DNA from: the human T2T-CHM13v2.0 reference genome, Homo sapiens
Assembly (NCBI RefSeq): GCF_009914755.1
Contig: NC_060929.1
DNA length: 64,000 nucleotides
Reading direction: 5' to 3' (one strand)
The position numbers were made by a program, and so were the translations under genes. Under the pieces are notes generated by a model. The model saw only the letters and a list, made by a program, of their open reading frames with translations. It ran no database searches and was not told the origin of the DNA. Each line of letters begins with the position of its first letter. Within the stretch, counting starts at the first letter, position 1. Shown here one piece after another: positions 1 to 13,142 of this stretch.

Positions 1-388
1 GGTATGTCTTCAATTGAGGCTTCACCCCATAAAAAGAATGTTTCTTATTTGTTAAATTGTTTTAGTCTTTTGCTTGAGTGCTTGAAACTCCATTTTCCTG
101 GGCCCAGGTGTAATGTCACTGTCTAGGCCCTCCAGGTTTGTTACCTCAGACTTCTGGATAAAACTGATGAACTTCACGGAAGCATTTCTATTTATTTCTT
201 GCTTCTGAATACCACAGCAACACGATGGAAACAAACTATGATACCATCTTAATTAGAGAATTATATTTCAGAGCCCACACCATCTATGTTTCCATATGTA
301 GTAAATCACCAGAAAAAAGAAAAGACATTTTTGTTAAGGATAATGCCCATTGAATTTGAACTTTCAGAGCACGCATATTTTTTTCTAA

Positions 389-739
<351 letters not shown>

Positions 740-2409
740 TAGAAACATCTTTTGGCAGTCTATGCTTTTGTTTCTAAAGCCTAATTGATGATTATATTTA
801 TTTGGGGATTTGTTGTTATTTTATACTTTGAAGATGATTTATTATACTGCTTAAGATTTCTTCATGTGGCTTCCTTTATCCTGATTTTGCTAATATACAA
901 ATAATGCTCTTGGTTTGGTGAGCTGTCAACCACAAGATAATTGATTTTAAATATCTTCCCTCTGACTAATATTAGTACATATTGGAAAATTTTCTAAGTA
1001 CTAATGGAAACTTCAAGTGAACATAACACATTCTTAACCAAAAATATGCACACACTATGATATCAAGGCTAGGCAAGGATGGAAAAAGAAACATTTTTAG
1101 GATGAGTATAAGAGAAACCATTAGTAGAATGTGTCAAAAGTGCATAGATTCAGGTACACAAGTATGTCAACAAAATTGCAAAACCTGCAATTAGGGAAGT
1201 GACTGAGATTGGAAAACAACATGATCACATATCAGGAGTCACTTGAGTGGCTTGGATTGACAGCTTATTATACTGTGTTGATTGATTTCCTTTTTCCCTA
1301 GGATAATTTTGAATTGGTTATTCCCATTTCTAAGTGGCATTAACCTGCCATGTTTTGAAAGAACCCCGATATCTGATACAAACCATTATGTTTTCAGCCT
1401 CCTTTAGAAGGAGTCCTAAGTTTTCCTTTTCCTTACCAAATTCTCGCAAGTCAATCATATTTAATAATGAGAATATCCTTTTTAATTGGTGCTGTTCTTC
1501 CATCCTGACAATATCCTTGACAGTAAGGAGGTGCAATAATGGCAACACATATAAAGCCTCAGTTCAATCTGTTCTTATATTGAGACTCCACATACAAATG
1601 GCATTTAGATATCTACATGTTAGATATAATGGAAACAGATCTGAGGCTTAAGTATCACAGGTTTTGAAAACCACCTACAAGCAATTGGAGTCCTTTTGTT
1701 GGTGATTCTCCCACAAATAAAAATTTCCATTCATGGTCCAGGAATTGATATGAATTCTTGATCAGTGCTCCCTAACCACTTCTCAAGGAGTAGTAAATGC
1801 AGATGTCTATGGTAAATTTTGGCATGGATTTTCATTGGCTATATTAGTCATGTATATGTCAGAATAAATTGTGAGTCAGCAAATGCATTTTAGAGACTGT
1901 ATTTATGTGAACAAACCATAAACTTTCTCCATGTAGTGTGACGAAACAGTGACCTGTCTTTTGAAATGACAACTATTTTTGATAATCATTTTATAATCAC
2001 ATCACATACCAACACTAATAACATACAATTTTTAGACAATTTGTCTACTACCACCTTGCCAACTTCCCATTGTTAAGTGCAAAATTTTGGATGCAAAATT
2101 GATTGTATAATTTAGTAAACTTGACAAAAGTTTAGTGAGGTTGGTAAAATACCTACCATTTGCAGAGGCAGGTGGCTTTAGATATTTGAATCACCTGTTG
2201 CTTTTTCCTGACTTGAATAATTGAGTAGTCAGAAGTCTTGAGTAATTAATGTCATGAATTTTTTCCTTAGAAAAAGGTTGTGATCAATACAAATTAAGGG
2301 ACATTGCCTTACCATAGATGTCCTGATTCTAGGATTAACCAGAAAGAATTATCTGTGTCTGCCTTTCAAACAAAAATATGCCCACGTAAAAAATATTGAT
2401 TCATAAGAT

Positions 2410-3290
2410 TATATATTAAATGCCTATAAATCTTTAGGCATTGGTCTATGTGCTGGCAACATATATGAAATGATTGCTACTCTCAATCTTATCAGGTAGA
2501 AATGAGGTCAAGTGCCTTGACAATTAAAATAGCATTAATTGGGAATATGTGTAAGGTGTAATAAGAATCATACCTAATTTGCACTCAGTGGGATGAGATA
2601 GGGAAGCCTCCGGATAAGAAGGTAGTAAATGAACTAAGTCATGAAAAACTAAATAAAGGGGGTCATCTGCAAAAAGGGAGGATTATATGCATGGTGGTAT
2701 TATAGGAAGAGAGAGTCACACCTACAAAAGCAAAAGTTGAGAGGAAGCAGGGTACACTAAAAAAATCTGTAAGTTGCTTAGCCTGAAAGCAGATGTGATA
2801 GTAGGAAAGTGTCAGGAGGCAGAGATTAAGGAGGATCAAAGGTCCTATCTTTTACATGCGTGCCTTTTCAATTTGAACTTTATCATGAAAGAAATAAAAA
2901 ACCAAGAAAAGCTTTCAATCTGTAGTACAACACAATTCAAATTGTATTTTAGAAAGATCACTAATAGCAATGTGGAGAATAAATTGAAAGGCAGCACTTG
3001 CAGGAAGCTGTTGCAGTCATCCAATGAGAAAGAAGGCAATAGCCATAAGCATGGAAAGAGGCTGAACAGTGGAGGATATTGAGAACACTTTGTCAACAAG
3101 ACTTGGAAATTAATTTTATGCATATGCTAAAGGAGGAGAAGAATCAAGGATTATATCCAGATCTCTTATTTGATTGGCCATAGGACTTGATATGACATTC
3201 ACTGAGTTGGCAAATATAGAAAACAATCTTAAATTTGGGGGAAACATGTTTATTTGTGGATATGTTGAATTTTACAATACCTGTGGTATC
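2410..3290 (-). mobile_element. L2 LINE remnant
   Basis: Degenerate L2 3' motifs (AATGCCTAT...AGGCATTGGTCTATGTGCTGG; GACATTCACTGAGTTGG; GGATATGTTGAATTT); boundaries approximate. Confidence 0.65.
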
Positions 3291-4084
3291 TTTAACACAA
3301 GATACTATCTGACTCCTCTGCGCTTATTATTATTCAGGGCAATTCATACATCAAAGGATATTGGTAAACAAATCCTTTGTTTGTTTTTACAGTAGTTTGT
3401 TTTTACTTTTATGTGTTAGCATCACCTAGGAAGTGCTTTGCTGCTTTACATCTTATAATTACATTTTCGTATCCTCTTTTTAGTGGATCATCATGTTGTT
3501 CAGGAATATGATCTCTTCTCGAAAGTCTTGATAGCAGTGAGGAATTTAAGGAAGCTTAAGCTTATTGCTTGTTGGCTGGAGTAAGTGTGTGATGGATTGA
3601 ATGTCCTTTTGCATGGATGAAGGAAAAATATCAGTGATGTTGAACTGGTGACATGGGATTTTACTTCTTAATTTTTCATGTCTCATTCGGGTGATGAGTA
3701 TCCTGAAATCTTTCTATGAGTGAGTAGTGTGTTCATCCCACAGTAAGGAAACACTAAACATCTCCTCTACACCTAGAATACTAAAAAGACAACCTTCAGA
3801 AATCACTGGAAAAAAATCTCTACAGCAACAGAAATTCTGAACACAGAAGCTGTACCTTAGAATATAAGGTCTGTTTGGTTCCTTTAGTAGCTCTTTGTGA
3901 GATTGTGGAAGGTCAACAGGTCCTCAACAAAGACACCAAAGAATGTATGGACTTAGTGCCCACCTAGATAAGGGTGGTTTTTATTCCTAGCATATTCTGG
4001 GATTTAGGATCTTAAATATTAAACATTAGAGCTTGTGGAGTTGTTTGACAAAGTGTAATTGGTCCAATTATATTTTTAATTTTC

Positions 4085-4360
4085 CTCAGCAGGCACTTAT
4101 TGAGCATCGCTTTTGTGGAAGGTATCAAGGACATGAATATAAAAATGCACATTATATAGTTGTTTCTCCTCAAAGATGTTTAAAGCAATAAACCATAATA
4201 AGAATAGCAAGTAATATAGAAAAATAAAATTCGTGAGAAAATGAGTAACTGCTATAAGAAACTTGGGGAAACATAATTAAGGAGGTAGCATTTGAATGTA
4301 ACTTTAGAGGATTTTGAAAGGTGAAAGTTGGGAACAAAAGCAATTTTAGAAACATGAACA
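4085..4360 (-). mobile_element. L2 LINE 3' fragment
   Basis: CACTTATTGAGCATC...GGAGGTAGCATTTGAATG, typical L2 3' end in reverse. Confidence 0.55.
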
Positions 4361-4629
4361 AAGACTCCAAGCCTGATTAATACTTACTTTCTATGCAGCA
4401 GCCAGATAATATTATAAAATACAAATCATGCCATATTGCCCCTATCATCTAAAGGAAAGAGAAAAGACAGATGCAAAGACAGTTAATTGAATCACTAACT
4501 GGCCACATGTTTTACGTTTCTCTGTATTCCTTATGGCTAAAATTTTAATTCTAGTTTCAGATGAATTAAGATAAACCCAGAATCTAATGGAACAGATTAG
4601 GCCTTTTCTTAATTTGACAATTTCTTCTA

Positions 4630-5300
4630 TTCAGGACTTCCTAATAGTATGAAGGCCATTGACAAAGATGGTCATGAGAATATTTCTTCCAAATTGGCCT
4701 TTGTCAGTCCTCATGTACATAGCAGAGCTTCTAACAATATTCATGAAACTCCAAAAATTATAATCATGAGACAAATAGTCATATGGTTCCAACAGCTCTG
4801 GTAAAAGACCATGTGAAACAATATGTATTAAGATCTCTTTACTAATAATAGCGAATGAAAATCAGAATTGATTTCCAAATTTCAGGTTTTAATCCTTTTG
4901 AATGAAGTTGAAAGTGTGGTTTTATTTAGAGATATTTTGCCCAGATGCTTATGAATATGATTCTCTTTTTGATTATGTAAAAAATTGAGATCACTATATT
5001 CTGTTTAACGAAAACAGCCTTGGCAACTTGTGGATTCCATTCTGATGCCTTATAAAATATACCCTTACTTCAAACATCACTGCCTATTGCAGAATTTATA
5101 TTATGCAATGCTAACTTCGAAACCAATTCCTGAATGTAAACCTCCACATCTTAAGCAGAGAATGGCATTTCTAAATGGATCTATAAGTATTCTACAGTGT
5201 GCAATTCTTGTTGCCATGAACTTCCTATCAGAACATTTCAGGGGCCATTTATATTAGAACATATTCCTTTATCCAAAGACATATATGGGTATGGTCTATT
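4630..5300 (+). mobile_element. Possible ancient LINE reverse-transcriptase remnant (L4/RTE-X or CR1-like)
   Basis: Translation KAIDKDGHENISSKL resembles the RT motif KAFDxVxHxxLxxKL; highly decayed. Confidence 0.3.
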
Positions 5301-6675
5301 TTTGAACTATTACAAATATTAAATTTGGTTAAGAGAAGTTTGACACAAGCAGCCTATTCATTTATGAAGTCCATAGTTCAAAATATCTAAGGAATTCCTG
5401 AGCCTGTTGTCAAAATGTAGAACAATCTTGTGACAAACAGAATTCCCTCAGAAGTTTTTTGATTTAATTATTTTTCAACTGAATAGACTATTTATAGAGT
5501 GGTTTTAGGTTCACAGTGACATTGAGAGGAAGGTGCAGAGATGTTCCATATACCCACTGCCTCCACACATGCATAGCTTCTCCCATTATTAATATCCCCC
5601 ACCAGAGTGGCACATTTGTTACCAGTGAAGAACTTACATTGACACATCATTGTCACCCCAGAGTCTATAGTTTACATTAGGATTGTACATTCAACAAGTT
5701 TGGACAAATATATAATGACATGTATCCACTATCGTAGTATACAATATTGTAGTATACATTTTTTCACTGCCCTGATATGCCCTGTGATCCACATATTCAT
5801 CCCTCCCTTCCCTCAACCCCAGGCAACCACTGATCTTTTTACTTTCTCATTACTTTTGCCTTTTCCAGAGTATCATGTAGTGGAATCATGATGTAACCTT
5901 TTCAGATTGGCTTATTTTACCAGCAGTATGCATTTAAGTTTCCTCCATATCTTTTTATGGCTTGACAGCTTATTCCTTTTTATTCCATTGTCTGGATGTA
6001 CCACGGTGTATTTATCTACTCTCCTACTGATGACAGACATTTTGGTTGCTTCTACATTTTGGAAATTTTTAATGAAGTTGCTATGAACATCTGTGTGCAG
6101 GTTTTTGTGTGGATATAACTTTCCAATTCCTTTGGGTAAATATCAAGGAGCAATGAATGTTGGATTGTATGGTAACAGTATGTTTATTTTGTGAGAAATC
6201 ACCAAGTGGTCTTCCAAAAGGCTGTACCCTTGTTCATTCTCACCAGCAATAGATAAGAGTTCCTGATGCTCCACAACCTTGTTAGCCTTTGTTAGTGTTT
6301 TGGACTTTGGCCATTCTAATACATGTGTGGTTGTATCTATCTCTTGTTGTTTTAATTTGCATTTCTCTAATGACTTTATGATGTGGAGCATTATTTCATA
6401 TGCTTATTTGCCATCCATGTATCTTCTTTGGTCAGGTGTCTGCTAAGGTCTTTGGCCCAGTTTTTAAATTGGGTTGTTCGTATTCTTGAGTTTAAGAGTT
6501 CTTTGCATATTTTTATTTTACCATCTCTAATGCTTTTCATTTCTTTAAGTAAGTCTGATTCTCTGACCTTTACTGTTTTCCTTCTCTCTAAAGAATTTCT
6601 TTCAACATTCCATGTAATGCAGGTTTCCTGAAAACAAATTCCCTCCATTTTGTCTGAGAAAGGCTTTATTTCTCC

Positions 6676-6969
6676 TTTTTTTTCCTTTTCTTTGAGACAC
6701 AGTCTCGCTGTATCCCCCAGGCTAGAGTGCAATGGCACCATCTCAGCTCAATGCAACCTCCACCTCCTGGGTTTAAGCTATTCTCATGCTTCAGCCTCCT
6801 GAGTAGCTGGGATTACAGGCACCTGCCACCATGCCCAGCTAGCTTTTGTGTCTTTAGTAGAGACAGGGTTTCACCATGTTGGCCAGGCTGAACTCCTGAC
6901 CTCAGGTGATCCACCCGCCTCTGCCTCCCAAAGTGCTGCAATTACAGGCATGAGCCACTGAGCCCAGCC
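6676..6969 (-). mobile_element. Alu (AluS-type) SINE
   Basis: TTTGAGACACAGTCTCGCT...CTCCTGACCTCAGGTGATCC...GAGCCCAGCC; inserted in the L1M. Confidence 0.96.
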
Positions 6970-7194
6970 TCCTTCATTTTTGAAGATTAATTTCACAGGG
7001 TACAGAATTCTAGGCTGGTGGGTCTTTTCTATCAAGACTCTTGATATTTCACTCCACTCTCTTCTTGTTTGCATGGCTTCTGAGAAGAAGTCGAGCATAA
7101 TTTTTATCTTTGTTCCTCTGTAGGTAAGATAGACCCCTTTGGCTTCTTTCAGGATTTTTAAATTTATTTTTGATTTTTTTGTAGTTTAAAAATA

Positions 7195-7316
7195 TTTGGT
7201 TGGTGCAAAGGTAATTGAGGTTTTTGCCATTACGGTTTTTGCCATCGAAAGCAATGGCAAAAACCACAACTGCTTTCTAAGTGGCAGAAACCGCAATTAC
7301 GTTTGCACCAACCTAA
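7195..7316. mobile_element. MADE1 mariner-derived MITE with internal duplication
   Basis: TIRs TTTGGTTGGTGCAAAGGTAATTG ... CAATTACGTTTGCACCAACCTAA, flanked by TA/TG; 122 bp versus about 80 bp for the consensus. Confidence 0.92.
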
Positions 7317-9069
7317 TGATATGCCTATATGTAGGACTTTCAGCATTTATTCTACTTGTTCTCTGAGCTTCCTAGATCTGTGGTTTGGCATCTGACATTA
7401 ATTTGGGGAAGTTCTCAGTCATTATTGCATCAAATATTGCTTCTATTCCTTCTTCTTTTCTCTCTCTCTTCTGGTATTCCTATCACGTATATTTTACCTT
7501 TTGTAGTTGTCCCTTAGTTCTTGGATATTTGGTCCTATTTTTTTTGTTGGTCACTTTTTTTCTTTTTTCAGTTTTGGTGGTGGTTTTTTTTTTTTTTTTT
7601 TTTTTTTTTGTGAAGTTCAGCGATTTTTTCCTCAGCTGTGTCCACTCTTCCAATGAGCCCATCAGAGGTGTTCTTTATTTCTGTTACAGTGTTTTTGATT
7701 TCTAGAATCTCTTCTTGTATTATTCTTAGAATTTCATCTCTCTGCTTATGTTGGCCATTTGTTGTTTCATGCCATGCTGTCTACTTTCTCCATTAGAGCC
7801 CTTAGCCTATTAATCATAGCTGTTCTAAATTCCCAGTCTTGTACTCAAACATCTCTGCTATATTTGAGTCTGGTTCTGATGCTTGCTCTGTCTCTTTAAA
7901 CTCTGTGTTTTTTCCTTTTAGTATACCTTGTACTTTTTTCTTGATAGCTGGACATGATATACTGGGTGAAAGAAACTGCTGTAAAAAGGTCTTTGATAAA
8001 GTGGTGGCAAGGTGTGTGTGAACAGGGTGAGAGGAACCAATTATAGTCCTATAAGTAAGTATCAGGCATTTAATGAGACTGTACGTCTGGTTTGGGAACT
8101 TCACAACTGCTTCTCAGTCTCCCCTGCCCACTTCAGTGCAACAAAATGGCTAGAGTGGTTGGAGTTGGGTATCTTCTTCCACATGGAAGGCTAGAGGGGA
8201 CTAGAGTTGTTTACTTCCCTACCCCCAAGTCAGTTAGGCTCCGATAAAACTCCAGCAGGTTAGATTCCAGTTAAGTAATTTCTCTTAAGGGCAGACCTCA
8301 TTAAGAAGAAAAGAATGTTCTGGCATATTTCAAAATGGCTCCTTTTTCCTTCCTCCTGATGGAAGCACAATAGGATTTTTTTCTAATATTTCCTGTGAGA
8401 ATTTGGTTGAACTCATAGAGATAAAACTCACAAAAGTATGTGGACTCACAATGACTAGATCCCTCTAGAATTTTTATCTCTCAGACTGGTCTACCATCAG
8501 CCTCTAGCAACTGGTCAGTTATAGCTCAGGTTTCCCTACCTCAGCACTGTTTCCCATGGAGGTCTATGCTAGGAGTTTCAGCTCCAGCAAGTCACAGTTG
8601 TCTGCATTTCTCTATCAGTTTCTCCAATTTTGGGGGCAGTGGTTTGCCCTGTGATTCTATCTCTCTGATGCATCTAAAAAGAGTTACTGATTTTTCAGTT
8701 TGTCTCAGTTTTTATTTGCTGTTAGGATTCAATGGCAATTTCTAACTTCTTACATACCAGACTAGAAAACGGAATTCCTTGAGCCAATGTTTAACTGATA
8801 AATCACCAAACATTGACTGTTGATATTGGTAAGAAATGTGCTTTTAATAACCTTCATGTTGTTTAAACATCCTAGTCTTAAGTAAAATATTGTGTGCAAT
8901 AATAAATTTAGGACCACATATACTATTAGTATTAGATAACAGCTATATTCAAGAATTCTTATCTTGCATGCTTATAGAAAGAATGAAGGGCTCTCAGCAA
9001 AATAAACCTCAGGAAACAGGTCTTCCAACATCTGTTTTTTCAGTAATAAAAGAAAATTTTGTATGAGAA

Positions 9070-9270
9070 TATAATTTTATATCATTTACAAAATGTTGCA
9101 CAATATTCTCTTTGATCTAATCAACAATACTACATGAAGCAGGGCAGAGGTTACAATTAACCTTTTATGTTAAAAAAGATTAAAAACAGTTGAAAGAGGT
9201 AAAATATTTTACTGTAGGACAAATTCCTAATTACTAGTAAGCTGTATTACTGGTATTAGAATCTGTAATG
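9070..9270 (-). mobile_element. MIR-type SINE remnant
   Basis: Weak MIR core (TTTGATCTAATCAACAATAC...GAGGTAAAATATTTT). Confidence 0.4.
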
Positions 9271-9309
9271 TTTTCTTTTTAAAAACATGTATTTTTAAGT
9301 AATCCATAT

Positions 9310-9671
9310 TTCCTCAGCTTCTGTTTTCTCTTATATGTAATAGCTTGCACCTGCAACTCTTTGGAGGCCTGCTCAAGGGCTACTTGGGGATACTTTGCTT
9401 GCATGCACAGACAGCTGGAAATGATTGGATTTTATGTCTCTCCCAGTATGGTTCATAATCAATGACTAGGGCAGGCAGTCCAGCCCAGCTCCCTTACCTG
9501 GGTCAGACAAACTGATATGCATTTATACCCCAGAACTCCTCATGAGACCAAGTTGATGCTTGGACTATTTCTATAATTACAACTTTGTTTGGCTTCTTTC
9601 ACTTTCAAGTTCTCCATCTCCCAGCCCTTACAGTTTATTCTTGGGAGCTCTTCCTTAATAAATCACTTGCA
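9310..9671 (+). mobile_element. ERVL LTR (LTR16-like), 5' part, split by an L1 insertion
   Basis: CAGCCCAGCTCCCTTACC...TTCTTGGGAGCTCTTCCTTAATAAATCACTTGCA; continues at 13143-13205 with the LTR16-like terminus. Confidence 0.7.
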
Positions 9672-12600
9672 TGTTTTTTTTGTTTCCCATTTGCTTGGTA
9701 AATATTCCTCCATCCCTTTATTTTGAGCCTATGTGTGTCTTTGCATGTGAGATGGGTCTCCTGAATATAGCACACCAATAGGTCTTGACTCTTTATCCAA
9801 TTTGCCAGTCTGTGTCTTTTAATTGGGGCATTTAGCCCATTTACATTTAAGGTTAATATTGTTATGTGTGAATTTGATCCTGTCATTATGATGCTAGCTG
9901 GTTATTTTGCCTGTTAGTTGATGCAGTTTCTTCATAGTTTCGATGGTCTTTACAATTTGGTATGTCTTTGCAGTGGCTGATACAGGTTGTTCCTTTCCAT
10001 GTTTAGTGCTTTCTTCAGGAGCTCTTGTAAGGCAGGCCTGGTGGTGACAAAATCTCTCAGCATTTGCTTCTCTGTAAAGGATTTTATTTCTCTTTCACTT
10101 ATGAAGCTTAGTTTGGCTGGATATGAAATTCTGCAATGAAAATTCTTTTCTTTAAGAATGTTGAACATTGGCCCTCACTCTCTTCTGGTTTGTAGGGTTT
10201 CTGCAGAGAGATCCACTGTTAGTGGTAACCCGACCTTTCTCTCTGGCTGCCCTTAACATTTTTTCCTTCATTTCAACCTTGGTGAATCTGATGATTATGT
10301 GTCTTGGGGTTGCTCTTCTCGAGGAATATCTTTATGGTGTTCTCTGTATTTCCTGAATTTGAATGTTGGCCTGCCTTGCTAGGTTGGGGAAGTTCTCCTG
10401 GATAATCCTGGATAATTATCTTGAAGAGTGTTTTCCAACTTTGTTCCATTCTCCTTGTCACTTTCAGGTATACCAGTGAAATGTAGGTTTGGTCTTTTCA
10501 CATATTCCCATATTTCTCGGGGGCTTTTTTCATTCCTTTTCATTCTTTTTTCTCTAATCTTGTCTTCATGCTTTATTTCATTAAGTTGACCTTCAATCTC
10601 TGATATCCTTTCTTCCACATGATCAATTCGGCTATTGATACTTGGGTATGCTTCACGAAGTTCTCCTGCTGTGTTTTTCAGCTCCATCTGGTCATTTGTT
10701 TTCTTCTCTAAACTGGTTATTCTAGTTAGTAATTCCTCTAAACTTTTTTCCAGGTCCTTAGCTTCCTTGCCTTGGGTTAGAACATGCTCCTTTAGCTCGG
10801 AGGGGTTTGTTATTACCCACCTTCTGAAGCCTACTTCTGTCAATTTGTCAAACTCATTCTCCGTCCAGTTTTGTTCCTTTGCAGGTGAGGAGTTGTGATC
10901 CTTTGGAGGAGAAGTGTTCTGGATTTTTTGAACTTTCAGCCTTTTTGCACTGGTTTCTCCCCATCTTCATGGATTAATCTACCTTTGGTCTTTGATGTTG
11001 GTGACCTTCAGATGAAGTTTCTGAGTGGATATCCTTTTTGTTGATGTTGATGCTGTTCCTTACTGTTTTGTTAGTTTTCCTTCTAACAAACAGTCAGGCC
11101 CCTCTGCTGAAGATCTGCTGGAGGTCCACTCCAGACCCTGTTTGCCTGCGTATCACCAGCAGAGGCTGCAGAACAGCAAAGATTGCTGTCTGTTCTTCCT
11201 CTGGAAGCTTCATCCCATGGGGCACTTGCCAGATGCCAGCTGGAGCTCTCCTGTATGAGTTGTCTGTTGGCCTCTACTGGGAGGTGTCTCCTAGTCAGGA
11301 GACACGGGAGTCAGGGACCAACTTGAGGAGGCGGTCTGACCCTTAGCAGAGCTCAAAAGCTGTGCTGGAAGATCCACTGTTCTCTTCAGAGCTGGCTGGC
11401 AGGGTTGTTTAAGTCTGCTAAAGCTGTGCCCACACCTGCCGCTTCCGTCAGGTGCTCTGTCTCAGGGAGATGGGGGTTTTATCTATAAGCCCCTGACTGG
11501 GGCTGCTCCCTTTTTTTCAGGGATTCCCTGCCAGAAAGGAGAAATTTAGGTAGGCAGTCTGGCTACAGAGGCTTTGCTGAGCTGCAGAGGGCTTTTTCCT
11601 AGTCCCTGATAAAACAGACTTTAAACCAACAAAGACCAAAAGAGACAAAGAAGGGCATTACATAATGGTAAAGGGATCAATGCAACAAGAAGAACTAACT
11701 ATCCTAAATATATATGCACCCAATACAGAGGCACCCAGATTCATAAAGCAAGTTCTTAGAAACATACAAAGAGAAAGAGAGAGACTTAGACTCCCACGCA
11801 ATAATAGTGTGAGACTTTAGCACCTCACTGTCAATATTAGTCTGATCAGTAGGACAGAAAATTAACAAGGATATTCAGGAGTTGAACTCAGCTCTGGACA
11901 AAGCTGACCTAATAGACATCAACAGAACTCTCCACCCCAAGTCAACAGAATATACATTCTTCTCAGCACCATATCATATTTATTCCAAAATTGACCACAT
12001 AATTGGAAGTAAAACACTCCTCAGCAAATGCAAAAGAATGGAAATCATAACAGTCTCTCAGACCACAGTGCAATCAAAATTAGAACTCAGGATTAAGAAA
12101 CTCACTCAGAACTGCAAAACTACAAGGAAACTGAACAACCTGCTCCTGAATGACTACTGGGTAAATAATGAAATTAAGGCAGAAATAAATAAATTCTTTG
12201 AAACCAATGAGAACAAAGATACAAGGTACCAGAATCTCTGGTACACAGCTAAAGCAGTGTTTAGGGGGAAATTTATAGCACTAAATGTCCACAAGAGAAA
12301 GCAGAAAAGATCAAAAATCGACACCCTAACATCACAATTAAAAGAACTAGAGAAGAAAGAACAAACAAATTCAAAAGCTAGCAGAAGACAAGAAATAACT
12401 AAGATCATAGCAGAACTGAAGGAGATAGAGACACAAAAATCCCTTCGAAAAAAATCAGTGAATCCAGGAGCTTGCTTTTTTGAAAAGATCAACAAAATAG
12501 ACTGCTAGACAGACTAATAAAGAACACCTTTTACAATGTTGGTGGGAGTGTAGATTGGTTCAACCATTGTGGAAGACAGTGTGGCAATTCCTCCAGGATC

Positions 12601-13142
12601 TAGAACCAGAAATATCATTTGGTCCAGCAATTCCATTACTGGGTGTATACCCAAAAGATTATAAATCATTCTACTAAAAAGACACATGCATACATATGTT
12701 TATTGCAGCACTGTTCACAATAGCAAAGACTTGGAACCAACACAAATGCCCATCAGTGACAGACTGAATAAAGAAAATGTGGCACATGTATACCATGGAA
12801 TACTATGCAGCCATAAAAAAGGATGAGTTCATGTCCTTTTCAGGGACATGAATGAAGCTGGAAACCATCATTCTTAGCAAACTAACAAAAGAACAGAAAA
12901 CCAAACACTGCATATTCTCACTCATAAGTAGGAGTTGAACAGTGAGAAGACATGGACACAGGGAGGGGAATACCACATACTGGGCCTGTCAGGGAGTGGG
13001 GGACTATGAGAGGGATAGCACTGGGAGAAATACCTAATGTAGATAACGGGTTGATGGGTGCAGCAAACCACCATGGCATGTGTAAACCTATGTAACAAAC
13101 CTGCATGTTCTGCACATGTACCCCAGAACTTAAAGTATAATA
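9672..13142 (+). mobile_element. L1PA7-like LINE-1, 5'-inverted (twin priming), with a large internal deletion
   Basis: 15-bp TSD AATAAATCACTTGCA at 9657-9671 and 13143-13157; 9672-11595 is antisense (ORF2 start, ORF1, part of 5'UTR); 11597-12524 is sense EN region; 12525-13142 is ORF2 end and 3'UTR. Confidence 0.95.

Larger units (their letters stand above)
5465..8775 (-). mobile_element. Old L1M (L1MC/L1MD-like) element: 3' end fused to ORF1/5' region, interrupted by an Alu and a MADE1
   Basis: 3'UTR signature GTTTTAGGTTCACAG...CCCCACCAGAGTGGCACATTTGTTAC; ORF2 C-terminal peptide (WAKDLSRHLTKEDTWMANKHMK) and ORF1 peptide ([16 protein letters not shown]...[10 protein letters not shown]) in the ORF track. 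Confidence 0.88.

Noticed and set aside
1330-1651. Overlapping 72-aa and 105-aa ORFs in unique DNA
   Set aside because: No recognisable domain or protein; lengths compatible with chance; starts are non-ATG or unsupported
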